This document shows positions 8,229-16,577 of a stretch of DNA of 24,000 nucleotides, piece by piece. How positions within the stretch are numbered: the first letter of the stretch is position 1; each line of letters opens with the position of its first letter. The position numbers were made by a program, and so were the translations under genes. The DNA is from Khoudiadiopia massiliensis (GTDB taxonomy: Bacteria; Bacillota; Clostridia; Tissierellales; Peptoniphilaceae), in NCBI GenBank assembly GCA_900290095.1, contig OKQS01000001.1:526431-550430 (forward strand), in the 5' to 3' direction. Below the pieces are notes generated by a model, which was not told the origin of the DNA, did no database searches, and saw only the letters and a list, made by a program, of their open reading frames with translations.

Positions 8229-10023
8229 ATTTTAGTACTGATAAGAAGGCCGATTGAGGCAGGGTGACATTGCCGATCTGTCTCATCTTCTTCTTGCCCT
8301 CTTTTTGCTTCTCCAGGAGCTTCTTCTTTCTGGATATATCGCCGCCATAGCACTTGGCTATGACGTCCTTCCTCAGGGCAGATACGGTCTCTCTGGCTAT
8401 AATCTTTCCACCTATTGCGGCTTGAACCGGAATGGCGAACTGGTGCCTTGGAATTTCTTTTTTCAGGCGGACACAGATGTTCCTCCCCCTGTCATAGGCC
8501 TTATCCCTATGAACTATGAGGGACAGGGCGTCAACAGGCTCACCGTTTATGAGTATATCCAGCTTTACCAGGTCGCTCTTCTCATAGTCTTTGAGGTCAT
8601 AGTCAAGCGAAGCAAAGCCGCGGGTCCTTGACTTTAAGGCATCGAAGAAATCATAAATTACCTCGTTTAAGGGCAGGTCATAAACAATGGAAACCCTTCT
8701 CTCATCCAGGTATTCCATAGTCTTGTAAATCCCCCTCCTGTCTTGGCATAAGTCCATGATGGTCCCTATGTATTCCTGGGGTGTCATTATTCTTGCGTTT
8801 ACAATGGGTTCGGAAATTGATTCTATATCTGTTGGATCCGGGAAGTCGGCCGGATTCTGCAATTCCAGCTCCCGGCCTGAATGGAGCTTAAGCTTGTATA
8901 TTACTGAGGGGGCTGTGACAATCATGTCCAGGTCAAATTCCCTCTCAAGTCTCTCCTCGACAATCTCCATGTGGAGCATTCCAAGGAAACCGCACCTGAA
9001 GCCGAAGCCCAAGGCTATGGATGATTCTTTTTCAAATGTCAGGGCAGCATCGTTAACCCTGAGCTTTTCCAGGGCATCTCTTATTGAGTTGACATCCTCA
9101 TTTTCTGTAGGATAGATTCCCGCATAGACCATGGGCATTACTTTTTTATATCCGGGCAGGGCATGCTGGGTCGGATTTAGGGCGTCGGTAATGGTATCTC
9201 CGACCCCGGCGTCCCCCACAGTCTTTATTGAGGCCACAACATAGCCTACATCCCCAGTTATGAGCTCTCCTATTGGTATGTTGCCGCCCGAAACATAGCC
9301 CACCTCGTCAACGTCATATTCTTTTCCCGTAGCCATGAGCTTGATTTTCTGGCCAGGCTTAATTTTACCATCAATCACCCTTATGAAAAGGACGACCCCC
9401 TTATATGAGTCATAGTATGAGTCGAAGATCAGGGCTTTTAAAGGCTTATCCTGGTCCCCTTGGGGTGGCGGGACATTTTTTACTATATCTTCCAAAACGT
9501 CATCTATGTTGGTTCCGACTTTTGCAGAAATAAGGGGTATTCCCTCGCTGTCAAAGCCCAGAATATTCTCTATCTCCCCCTTGGCAAACTCAATATCTGC
9601 GCTGGGCAGGTCAATCTTGTTCACAACGGGGAGGATCTCCAAATCTTCTTCCAATGCCAGGTAGGTATTAGCCAGAGTCTGGGCTTCAACCCCCTGTGAA
9701 GCGTCCACTATGAGTATGGCTCCCTCGCAGGCTGCCAAGGACCTTGAAACTTCATAATTGAAGTCCACATGGCCCGGAGTGTCGATCAAATTCAGGACAT
9801 AGCGCTTGCCGTCCTTGGAATCATAAAAGAGCTTTACCGACTTGAGCTTGATTGTTATGCCCCTCTCCTTCTCCAAGTCCATGGAGTCAAGGAGCTGCTC
9901 TCTCATTTCCCTTGCTGTAACCGCTCCGGTCTTCTCTATAAGACGGTCTGCCAGGGTCGATTTGCCGTGGTCAATATGGGCAATTATGCAAAAATTTCTT
10001 ATTTGTTCTGAATTATATTTCAT
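8212..10023 (-). CDS. lepA: Elongation factor 4 (LepA)
   Basis: 603 aa. GTPase motifs are [14 protein letters not shown] and NKID. The LepA-specific C-terminal region is present (...[45 protein letters not shown]). AGGAGA RBS precedes the ATG at 10023. Confidence 0.97.
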   Translation of the reverse strand: MKYNSEQIRNFCIIAHIDHGKSTLADRLIEKTGAVTAREMREQLLDSMDLEKERGITIKLKSVKLFYDSKDGKRYVLNLIDTPGHVDFNYEVSRSLAACEGAILIVDASQGVEAQTLANTYLALEEDLEILPVVNKIDLPSADIEFAKGEIENILGFDSEGIPLISAKVGTNIDDVLEDIVKNVPPPQGDQDKPLKALIFDSYYDSYKGVVLFIRVIDGKIKPGQKIKLMATGKEYDVDEVGYVSGGNIPIGELITGDVGYVVASIKTVGDAGVGDTITDALNPTQHALPGYKKVMPMVYAGIYPTENEDVNSIRDALEKLRVNDAALTFEKESSIALGFGFRCGFLGMLHMEIVEERLEREFDLDMIVTAPSVIYKLKLHSGRELELQNPADFPDPTDIESISEPIVNARIMTPQEYIGTIMDLCQDRRGIYKTMEYLDERRVSIVYDLPLNEVIYDFFDALKSRTRGFASLDYDLKDYEKSDLVKLDILINGEPVDALSLIVHRDKAYDRGRNICVRLKKEIPRHQFAIPVQAAIGGKIIARETVSALRKDVIAKCYGGDISRKKKLLEKQKEGKKKMRQIGNVTLPQSAFLSVLKYDEDE

Positions 10024-10031
10024 GATTTCTC

Positions 10032-10571
10032 CTAAATCGGTCCTATCGATCCGAAGGGATAATAGCGGAAACTCGCGTGTCCCTCTATGGTATTTCCCTT
10101 GATGGGGCCGAATACCCTGCTGTCCTTGCTGGCTCCTTCTTTTCGATTGTCTCCTAAAACAAAGACCTCTCCCTCACCTATTAACCACTCGGCCTTGTCA
10201 CCTGTATATGTGTAATCGGAATTGACATAGTCCTCTTCCAGCCTTTTCCCGTTTACAAAGACGCTGCCGTTGTCAATTTGAACGTATTCATTGGGCAGGC
10301 CGATCACGCGTTTAATATAGAAGCGATTTTCACCGGGCGGCCTGAAAACAATTATGTCTCCTCTTTCCAGGTTGTCGACATCGGATCCGGGTTTAAAGAC
10401 CAAAAGCCTGTCCCCGCTATGGAGGGTATCCAGCATGGACGAACCCTCAACCCTGGTTGCACTAACCAGGAACTTGGTGATCAGGAAGGCCACCAATAGG
10501 GCTGAAGCTAAAATCTTCAGAAGCAAAACGGGGCCGAATTTTCTCTGTTTTGTTTTTTTTCCGGCCCTCAT
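10032..10571 (-). CDS. Type I signal peptidase (short paralog)
   Basis: 179 aa with an N-terminal TM ([22 protein letters not shown]). The catalytic Ser box is EGSSMLDTL and the Lys box is [11 protein letters not shown], followed by [23 protein letters not shown]. It ends 8 nt before lepA. Confidence 0.9.
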   Translation of the reverse strand: MRAGKKTKQRKFGPVLLLKILASALLVAFLITKFLVSATRVEGSSMLDTLHSGDRLLVFKPGSDVDNLERGDIIVFRPPGENRFYIKRVIGLPNEYVQIDNGSVFVNGKRLEEDYVNSDYTYTGDKAEWLIGEGEVFVLGDNRKEGASKDSRVFGPIKGNTIEGHASFRYYPFGSIGPI

Positions 10572-10604
10572 AGAACCTCCTCAATTCATGATCAGGCTAA
10601 TCTC

Positions 10605-11723
10605 TTAATAAAAACTCTTCATATGGGTGAGCGGCCAAATTCTGAAACGGGCAACCGCCTCAAGCCTGTCCGCAGGGACCGGCCCGAAAAGCCTGCTGTC
10701 ATTGCTGGCTCCGGGATTCCTATTGTCACCCATGACAAAGTATTGGTCTGCCGAAAGGACCCAAACATTGTCCTGGTAGCTTTCCGTGGGCAGATCTTTA
10801 ATATAGTGTTCAACCAAAAGGAGGCCGTCAATGAAGACCTTGCCGTCATGGATCTCAACGGTTTCTCCGGGAAGGCCTATGACCCTCTTTACATAGAGTT
10901 CGTCGGGATGGTCGGGGCTGTCAAGTATGACTATATCGCTCCTCTTAAATTGATGGCTGTATGTGGGTATCTTGCTTACAAGAAGAATATCTCCGTTACT
11001 GAGGGTTGGGTACATGGACTCCCCTTTGACCGTGGTGGCACCCCCTATGAACATCCTGATTATCAAGGCCAGGGCGACTGCGGCTACTAATGGAAGAACC
11101 CAGTCCCTCAATGCCACGAAAAATGAAGATTTCTTTTTAGGTGCTTCGATATTTTCTTGATCATATCTTTCCGGCCCTTGATTTACAGGCCTCTTCTTAT
11201 TTACAAGGAAAAGCTCGTCTTCGTAGGCATCCTCGTCGTCATAGTCCTCATCTTCATAAATTTCATAAGTTCCTTGGGCCAGGTCTTCGGTGTCTGAGAC
11301 ATCGGCTTTAGGGCTTTCTTGTGACTCCTCTTGGGCCGGGCTTTCCTCGACCGGCTCTTCTTGATTGTTCCACTTGACCCCGAAGAGCTCATCAGTATCG
11401 TCTATGTGGTTCTCAAGCGAAGATCCTTCTTCCTCTTTTTCTTCCTCAACAGACGCAACAGGTTCTTCAGCAGGGCCCTCTTCTTTCTGTTCTTCCTGAA
11501 GCAGTCTCCGTCTTAGCTGGAACTTCAGTGCATCCATGTCATAATCGCTATCTTCACTGCCGTCTTTCACTTCTCCTGCTGCTGACATTTCTTCTCTGCG
11601 ATCCTGCTCAAAATCCTCTTTAAGGCTTCTCATGATCTCTACAGGATCAAAAGGGCGGGTGCTTTCCATATCTTCATCTAGGCCCTTGTCTCCGCTCCGA
11701 TCTTCCCAATTTTCTATTTTCAT
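10605..11723 (-). CDS. Type I signal peptidase with a ~200-aa acidic N-terminal cytoplasmic extension
   Basis: 372 aa. The C-terminal ~170 aa form a complete SPase I: TM at ~201-224, GESMYPTL, YVKRVIGLPGE and GDNRNPGASNDSR. The N-terminal 200 aa contain 67 D/E by my count. AAGGAG lies 6 nt upstream of the ATG at 11723. There is no alternative start with an RBS near the TM. Confidence 0.85.
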   Translation of the reverse strand: MKIENWEDRSGDKGLDEDMESTRPFDPVEIMRSLKEDFEQDRREEMSAAGEVKDGSEDSDYDMDALKFQLRRRLLQEEQKEEGPAEEPVASVEEEKEEEGSSLENHIDDTDELFGVKWNNQEEPVEESPAQEESQESPKADVSDTEDLAQGTYEIYEDEDYDDEDAYEDELFLVNKKRPVNQGPERYDQENIEAPKKKSSFFVALRDWVLPLVAAVALALIIRMFIGGATTVKGESMYPTLSNGDILLVSKIPTYSHQFKRSDIVILDSPDHPDELYVKRVIGLPGETVEIHDGKVFIDGLLLVEHYIKDLPTESYQDNVWVLSADQYFVMGDNRNPGASNDSRLFGPVPADRLEAVARFRIWPLTHMKSFY

Positions 11724-11776
11724 GGCGGCTCCTTATCTAAAAATACCTTTCGGTTTTATCGTTAATTTACCAGAAT

Positions 11777-11785
11777 AGTATAACA
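11777..11785 (-). promoter_or_regulatory. Candidate extended -10 promoter for the signal peptidase-lepA-hemW transcription unit
   Basis: Minus strand reads TGTTATACT (TGnTATACT) about 55 nt upstream of the ATG at 11723. No convincing -35 is present. Confidence 0.3.
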
Positions 11786-11835
11786 CAGACTGCTGTATTT
11801 AACTTTAAAGCTGGGCAAAAAACAGGCCCGGATAC

Positions 11836-12246
11836 TCACATTTTTAAAAGGCCGGCTTTTATCTCTTCAACTCTTTCGATTGCTTCATTAACCTGCTTTT
11901 CGGCTGCTCTTATTTTATCCTGAACCATCCAATCTACTATGAGCCCGTCAAAAAAGTAATCTGAAAAATTAAGGAAAGCCGATATATCTATATTTATCTC
12001 AAGGACTTGACCGACATCCGCCAATTCCTTGCTTAAATTTTTAACCGCTTGCTTTGCTTTTTCTATGTCGGAATTAGCATCGCTGATCCTAGCATGTTTT
12101 ATCAGGGTCGTTAAAGCTCCCCCTCCCAGCATATCGAAAATACCCCATTTGCCGGCGACTCTTAGCTGTTCTGCGGCATCTGTAAGACAGTCCAAGGCCT
12201 TATCAGCTGCAATCACCGCTTCTGCTATCTCTTTCTTTTTGTCCAT
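11836..12246 (-). CDS. Hypothetical all-helical cytoplasmic protein (136 aa), family not recognised
   Basis: Intact ORF with a GAAAGGA RBS. It has no TM or signal peptide, and coiled-coil-like ends. The centre carries KWGIFDMLGGGALTTLIKHARI and the aromatic patch FLNFSDYFFDGLIVDWMV. Confidence 0.6.
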   Translation of the reverse strand: MDKKKEIAEAVIAADKALDCLTDAAEQLRVAGKWGIFDMLGGGALTTLIKHARISDANSDIEKAKQAVKNLSKELADVGQVLEINIDISAFLNFSDYFFDGLIVDWMVQDKIRAAEKQVNEAIERVEEIKAGLLKM

Positions 12247-12314
12247 ATGTGTGTCCTTTCTTATTAAAGGCTTATTACAATGTTAATAATAGCTTGTATA
12301 AATATTATAAAGAC

Positions 12315-12354
12315 AAAAAGAGATGGATGTTTTGAATTTCATCCATCTCTTTTT
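12315..12354 (-). terminator. Intrinsic terminator after the small membrane-protein gene
   Basis: An 11-bp perfect stem: AGAGATGGATG (12319-12329) pairs with CATCCATCTCT (12340-12350). It is flanked by an A-run and a T-run, and on the minus strand it is followed by TTTTTGTCTTT. Confidence 0.8.
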
Positions 12355-12373
12355 AGTTGATAATATTCCTTCT

Positions 12374-12796
12374 TTATTCTCCTTTTTCTACTACTGTCTG
12401 CCCGGTCTCATCATTTTTTAATGCCTTTATTCCTTTTCTATATTTTAAATAGGCACTGAGTGTGGCGGCTTCAGCCAAACCAATAATAATAGGGGCAACA
12501 GAGGGCCCGTCAGCCAAACCTTCAGACCAACGAGTTTCTTTATTAATTGCTAAAATAATAAACAATACTATATAGACAATTAGGTGTTTCTTATTTACAT
12601 ATCTTCCGGATAAAATAAAAAGTCCGCATGCCAAAATATTTATGATTAACCTCATTGTTTTTTGATCGAAACGGCCTATATAGAAATGAGAAAAAAGGGT
12701 TATTAATAATAGCTCTATCCATAAAAATAGTCCAAACACCCATAGTTGCTTATTTATTTTCGTTGTTGCTTTTTTCATAACTTTTTTAAGATACAT
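12374..12796 (-). CDS. Hypothetical small integral membrane protein (about 140 aa, 4 predicted TM)
   Basis: I moved the start to the ATG at 12796 (MYLKKVMKKATTKINKQLWVFGLFLWIELLLITLF...), with GGGAGA 7 nt upstream. The predicted promoter would exclude the track's start at 12841. The gene is very AT-rich (18-32% GC in spot-counted lines). Confidence 0.6.
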   Translation of the reverse strand: MYLKKVMKKATTKINKQLWVFGLFLWIELLLITLFSHFYIGRFDQKTMRLIINILACGLFILSGRYVNKKHLIVYIVLFIILAINKETRWSEGLADGPSVAPIIIGLAEAATLSAYLKYRKGIKALKNDETGQTVVEKGE

Positions 12797-12843
12797 AAAA
12801 TATCTCCCATCTTTAATCCGGCCAAAATAAATAGACCACAAGA

Positions 12844-12872
12844 ATGCTAAACCTTTAGTTATTCCATGTCAA
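12844..12872 (-). promoter_or_regulatory. Candidate promoter of the small membrane-protein gene
   Basis: Minus strand reads TTGACA (12872-12867), a 17 nt spacer, then TAGCAT (12849-12844). Confidence 0.45.
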
Positions 12873-12883
12873 TATCTGCTAAC

Positions 12884-12910
12884 AAAAAAAGACCTGATAA
12901 AAATCAGGTC
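12884..12910 (-). terminator. Intrinsic terminator of rpsT
   Basis: GACCTGAT (12891-12898), loop AAAA, ATCAGGTC (12903-12910). On the minus strand it is followed by a run of seven T (complement of 12884-12890). It lies 34 nt after the rpsT stop. Confidence 0.85.
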
Positions 12911-12943
12911 AATCTTTTTACTTATTTAATGAAAATCTATAAT

Positions 12944-13210
12944 TTAGGAAGCTTGAGCATTGAGTTTCTTCTGAAGTGTGCTGATTCGACGACTAGCCGC
13001 GTTTTTAGAAACTGCACCTTTCAAAGAAGCGCGCTTGAGCTTTTTATCGATGGTCTTAAGAAGTTCACGAGCCTCTTCGCCCTTGTTTTCCTCAATAGCT
13101 ACCCCAAATTTTTTGATGTATGTGTTGATTTCAGAGCGTTTGCTCTTATTACGCAAGGTATTTCTCTTTGCGATTTCTATTCTTTTCTTCGCTGACTTGA
13201 TATTTGCCAT
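12944..13210 (-). CDS. rpsT: 30S ribosomal protein S20
   Basis: I moved the start to the ATG at 13210 (MANIKSAKKRIEIAKRNTLRNKSKRSEINTYIKKF...), the canonical S20 N-terminus. GGGGGTGAG RBS. 88 aa. Confidence 0.95.
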   Translation of the reverse strand: MANIKSAKKRIEIAKRNTLRNKSKRSEINTYIKKFGVAIEENKGEEARELLKTIDKKLKRASLKGAVSKNAASRRISTLQKKLNAQAS

Positions 13211-13252
13211 CTGCTCACCCCCTATCATGTTTATAAAATTAGCTACCAAGGA

Positions 13253-13281
13253 AGTTTACCATATATGATAGCTATGTGCAA
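13253..13281 (-). promoter_or_regulatory. Candidate rpsT promoter
   Basis: Minus strand reads TTGCAC (13281-13276), a 17 nt spacer, then TAAACT (13258-13253), preceded by TGG (extended -10 like). Confidence 0.4.
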
Positions 13282-13301
13282 ATTAATTTTTTCATTTAAT
13301 A

Positions 13302-13333
13302 AAGCAGCCCGACCCTTGAAGGCCGGACTGCTT
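13302..13333 (-). terminator. Intrinsic terminator ending the six-gene envelope operon
   Basis: An imperfect GC-rich hairpin, AAGCAGCCCGACC / GGCCGGACTGCTT. On the minus strand it is followed by TTATTAAAT. It lies about 60 nt after the stop at 13392. Confidence 0.55.
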
Positions 13334-13391
13334 ACGCAATTGATCTTGCTCAATCATTCGCTATTTGATCTATAACCTTACCTATAACCCT

Positions 13392-15995
13392 TTACTTTAG
13401 AGAATCCTCAACCGCCTGGCTTACTGCTTTCAATCCGCCAACGATGATGATTTTCTCATAGTTTGCCTTCTGGATATGTTTGGCAATCGCTTTGGGTAAG
13501 TCTGCCTTCTTCGTCAGAAGGACGGGAACATCTGCCCTTGCTGCTACGGGTCCCGCTGCCAGGGCATCGGCAAAGTCTTCGCCGGAGGCGAGATAGGCGG
13601 TGGTGGCTTTGGGGAAGAAGCGTTCAGCAATCATGGCTGACGTTTCATAACGAGTTTCCCCACCGATCCGTTCGATCTTTTGGGGTATGTCTTTCACCAC
13701 AGAATCTGTCAAGGCCGCTTTACCGCCCAAGACCAGGGCCGAAGAGACCTTCATATCTTGGATTGTCTTTTTAATGACATCAGGTAAGGCATTGGTCTTG
13801 GTGAGGAGGATGGGATAAGCCATCTTGCCGGCATAGGGGCTGATGGAAAGGGCATCCGCATAGTTGAGCCCGGTAGCCAGGATGACCTTCTCCGGATTCC
13901 CCTTTAGCTTAGCCATTCTCCAGGCAATCAGAGCCGATGTCTCATAACGGTCGGCCCCACCGATCCGGCTGGACTTCCAGCCCTTCTTTACTGCGCCTTC
14001 AACTTCATTGGAGAGGGCATTGTTCCCGCCAATGAGGATGACTTCTTTTGCACCAAGTCGGCTTGTTTCTGCCTTGACGCCTCCGTCCAATGACCGAGTC
14101 TTCGTTAAAAGAATCGGCGCATTCAGAGCCTTAGCTAATACGCCGGCCGTCAAGGCATCGGCAAAGTTATCAGACCGGGCCAAGATAACATAGTCGGCAT
14201 GGTCAAAGTTCTTCTTGGAGAGGACAATAGCTGTCTCAATCCGGTCTTCTCCGGCGATCCGTTCCGTCGCTCTCTTTTCCGTATTTGAGGGCGTCGTTCC
14301 GGGCTTGGGATCCGGTCCGGGTTGGTAAACTGTCTTCCACTGGGCCTGGACCATGGTGTTCTTATTCACTGTAATTTCATCGCCGACCGTCTTCTTTTCT
14401 CCCTCAACCATCCAGCCGTTAAAGGCCTTCCCTGCCGGCACTTCGAAGCCGTTTTCGGGAAGCTTCACGGTAACGGTCTGACCCTTCTTATAGGCCGATA
14501 CCGGCATAGAGCCTTTCGCTCCATTGCCATCGTAACCGATGAAGAAGAAGTCATTCTTGTAGTTGATGTCGTAATTATTCAGAGGACTGGGAATACCGGT
14601 CGGGTTGTGGAGGGTGGGGTCCTGCTTATAGCCCAAGTTGGTAAAAGCAGACCAGTTGGAGGGGGGAACAAAGAGGCCGCCTTCCGCCTTGTTTTGGTCA
14701 AAACCGGTGGTCTCGTCAAGATGGATATTCTTATAATAAGTACCTGGATCCACGATCAGGTCCTTGTATTCTTCCGCTGAAGAGTCCGGCATGGCAGCCG
14801 CTTTTTTATCATAAATTGCCCCGCCTGCTTCTTGGGCCGTATTCCCTTGGAAGAGGGTATTCTCTTCGCAGGTTAAATCGCCGCCTTCATCCAGGAAAAT
14901 CCCACCACCTTGTTTGGATGTGTTGTTCCGGACCAGGACATTTCTCAAGGTCACCTTGCCATTTGTGGTCAGGGCACCTCCATAATGGCTACTACTGTTT
15001 CCCTCAATTGTGGCATTTTCAGCGGTGAAAGTAGAATCCTGTAAGGAAATGGCTCCACCGGAAGCGGCACCTTTGTTTCCGGAAATCAGGATGGAATCTC
15101 TGCTGGCTCCCTTGAGATTCACCTCACTGTCCCTGGCCCCAATAGCCGTACCATAGAGCCTTCCCTGGTCTCCTGTCCCTGTGCGCTCCATCCTATTATT
15201 CATGATTCGTCCGGCTTGTATGTTTAGATGACCATTGACAAGATAAATAGCGCTACTCAGGAGGACTTCATTATTTTTTACTGTAGCGATATTATCTGAA
15301 ATCTCACCACCCAGCATAGTAAAGGCCACGTATTGTTCCGGCACTCCGTTTGGCCTTCCATTGAGAAAGATAACGCTACCGGCAGAATAAGGCTTATCAA
15401 TATGGCTCTGGTTGTTATGGATCTTTCCCCCATACATATCAAATGTCCCGGAGGTGACATTGACCGCTGAGGCCCAATAGTCCCCGCTGGTTACCATATT
15501 TTTAATTTCCACCCCACCATACATCTTGAGATGACCCGGGGTTAAACCTCCCCCACCCGGAGCACCGGCTCCGATAAAAACAGCCGGTATTCTTCGCGGA
15601 TTATCTTTAGAAGCTGAAGAAGTGATCGTCAAATCATTCTCGTTTCCCTGTGGATTCTCCCTCCCCAGGGACAGGGTGGAATCATTGACGATGGCGAAAC
15701 AGAATTTGTTCAGGTTTAGGGTATGTCCCTGACCCAAAAGGATGGTATCTTTTGTAATTCCTAAAGTGTGCTCTCCGTCAGGCATGACAATATCCGCCCC
15801 TAAGCGAATGATGTTCTCCTGACCATCTTCACCCTCCATCCGAATCTTGTGGAGAGCTTGTCCAAGCTCCACTGGCGTAGTAACTTTAATATCCAGCCCT
15901 CCTTCCGCCTTGGCAATTGGGGTCCCGGGCAAGAAGCCCAGGACCATGACCAAGGCGAGGACCAGGGCAAGCGTCCGTCGTCTTAATCCTTTCAT
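13392..15995 (-). CDS. Secreted cell-surface protein: beta-helix with Pmp-like GGA(I/L) repeats, a Listeria-Bacteroides-type repeat, and three C-terminal CWB2 wall-binding repeats
   Basis: 867 aa. The signal peptide is MKGLRRRTLALVLALVMVLGFLPGTPIAKA/EGG. It has repeated GGAISL, GGALTT, GGGIFL and FQGNTAQEAGGAIY motifs. The segment YDGNGAKGSMP...FNGWMVEGEKKTVGDEITVNKNTMVQAQW is flg_new-like. A Pro/Thr linker follows, then three ~98-aa CWB2 repeats. AAGGAG RBS. Confidence 0.85.
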   Translation of the reverse strand: MKGLRRRTLALVLALVMVLGFLPGTPIAKAEGGLDIKVTTPVELGQALHKIRMEGEDGQENIIRLGADIVMPDGEHTLGITKDTILLGQGHTLNLNKFCFAIVNDSTLSLGRENPQGNENDLTITSSASKDNPRRIPAVFIGAGAPGGGGLTPGHLKMYGGVEIKNMVTSGDYWASAVNVTSGTFDMYGGKIHNNQSHIDKPYSAGSVIFLNGRPNGVPEQYVAFTMLGGEISDNIATVKNNEVLLSSAIYLVNGHLNIQAGRIMNNRMERTGTGDQGRLYGTAIGARDSEVNLKGASRDSILISGNKGAASGGAISLQDSTFTAENATIEGNSSSHYGGALTTNGKVTLRNVLVRNNTSKQGGGIFLDEGGDLTCEENTLFQGNTAQEAGGAIYDKKAAAMPDSSAEEYKDLIVDPGTYYKNIHLDETTGFDQNKAEGGLFVPPSNWSAFTNLGYKQDPTLHNPTGIPSPLNNYDINYKNDFFFIGYDGNGAKGSMPVSAYKKGQTVTVKLPENGFEVPAGKAFNGWMVEGEKKTVGDEITVNKNTMVQAQWKTVYQPGPDPKPGTTPSNTEKRATERIAGEDRIETAIVLSKKNFDHADYVILARSDNFADALTAGVLAKALNAPILLTKTRSLDGGVKAETSRLGAKEVILIGGNNALSNEVEGAVKKGWKSSRIGGADRYETSALIAWRMAKLKGNPEKVILATGLNYADALSISPYAGKMAYPILLTKTNALPDVIKKTIQDMKVSSALVLGGKAALTDSVVKDIPQKIERIGGETRYETSAMIAERFFPKATTAYLASGEDFADALAAGPVAARADVPVLLTKKADLPKAIAKHIQKANYEKIIIVGGLKAVSQAVEDSLK
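13395..14264 (-). repeat. Three tandem CWB2 (cell wall binding repeat 2) modules at protein level
   Basis: The repeat units start at aa 578 (ERIAGEDRIETA), aa 676 (SRIGGADRYETS) and aa 775 (ERIGGETRYETS). Each carries the (F/Y)ADAL ... P(I/V)LLTK ... (I/L)GG pattern typical of Clostridioides Cwp proteins. Confidence 0.8.
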
Positions 15996-16022
15996 TTCTT
16001 TCTCCTTCTTTCTCTCCGGAAT

Positions 16023-16547
16023 TTATTTCTCTACATTGGCCTCCATAACCGCCGTGTAGTTTTGGAACTTACCATCGACTACCAATAAATTAGTAAAAGT
16101 TACCTTGACCTTCTTACTTTCGTTATTCAAGCCAAAGGCTTCCTGGGCATTCTTCATCTTGGCCCCGACAGGAGTTGATTGTGGATAATTAAGCTCTTCT
16201 ACTGCAGGATATGAAGAGCCCATCTCACCCTGCTCATCAATGACGCTGTCAGGACTTAAGAAGAGTCCGTCGGCTTCCTCAGTACAGCCGATGTTCTCAT
16301 AGCTATAATCTACGCATACGACCTGTTTAGGTTTCATATCTGTAAACTCGTTTCTTCCATCAAGAACCTTTACGGAATTTATGACCAGCTTCCACTTTCC
16401 GTCCACCACCCATTCTTCTCCCGGACCAAGGGTTTGTTCCAATTCGTTCCCTTTCGACTTCTCCTTGCCGGCGTCAGGCTTTTTACTTCCACAAGCCGTA
16501 AAAGCTAATAAAACTACTAAGCAAAGAACTAATTTTTTAATCTTCAT
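16023..16547 (-). CDS. Small lipoprotein, possibly DUF4352-like Ig-fold
   Basis: 174 aa. The lipobox is LLAFTA-C19 (MKIKKLVLCLVVLLAFTACGSKK). The beta-rich body (WKLVINSVKVLDGRNEF...VCVDYSYENIG...) resembles DUF4352 lipoproteins, but that family assignment is tentative. TAAGGAGG RBS. Confidence 0.7.
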   Translation of the reverse strand: MKIKKLVLCLVVLLAFTACGSKKPDAGKEKSKGNELEQTLGPGEEWVVDGKWKLVINSVKVLDGRNEFTDMKPKQVVCVDYSYENIGCTEEADGLFLSPDSVIDEQGEMGSSYPAVEELNYPQSTPVGAKMKNAQEAFGLNNESKKVKVTFTNLLVVDGKFQNYTAVMEANVEK

Positions 16548-16577
16548 TTTGTCCTCCTTATGGGTTCACCCACAACA

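Noticed and set aside
8254-10102. Plus-strand ORFs within lepA (8254-8631, 8756-9115, 9460-9699, 9769-10011, 9842-10102)
   Set aside because: They are antisense shadows of a highly conserved gene.
10553-10560. T8/A8 homopolymer in codons 4-7 of the short signal peptidase, and a similar A8 at 23077-23084 near the 5' end of the LuxR-type gene, as possible phase-variation tracts
   Set aside because: Eight residues is borderline for slipped-strand switching. Both runs are simply consecutive AAA Lys codons in positively charged N-termini. There is no supporting evidence without population data.
10278-11516. Alternative-frame and antisense ORFs within the two signal-peptidase genes (e.g. 10623-11090 +, 11201-11392 -, 11331-11516 +)
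   Set aside because: They overlap CDSs that carry intact SPase I catalytic boxes. The Lys/Ser/Phe-rich translations are what out-of-frame or antisense reading of a GA-rich acidic-coding stretch would produce.
12866-13268. Plus-strand ORFs 12866-13195 and 12978-13268, and the 13-aa N-terminal extension of rpsT (13211-13249)
   Set aside because: The plus-strand ORFs are antisense to rpsT. The rpsT extension lacks an RBS, whereas GGGGGTGAG precedes the ATG that gives the canonical MANIKSAKKR start.
14661-14666. G6 (C6 on the coding strand) run in the surface-protein gene as a phase-variation site
   Set aside because: It is too short, and it encodes Pro-Pro in frame.
13463-15028. Plus-strand ORFs inside the surface-protein gene (13463-13774, 14008-14193, 14322-14780, 14816-15028)
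   Set aside because: GC-rich genes commonly carry long antisense open frames. These Arg/Pro/Leu-rich translations have no domains, while the minus-strand frame has a signal peptide, repeats and CWB2 modules.
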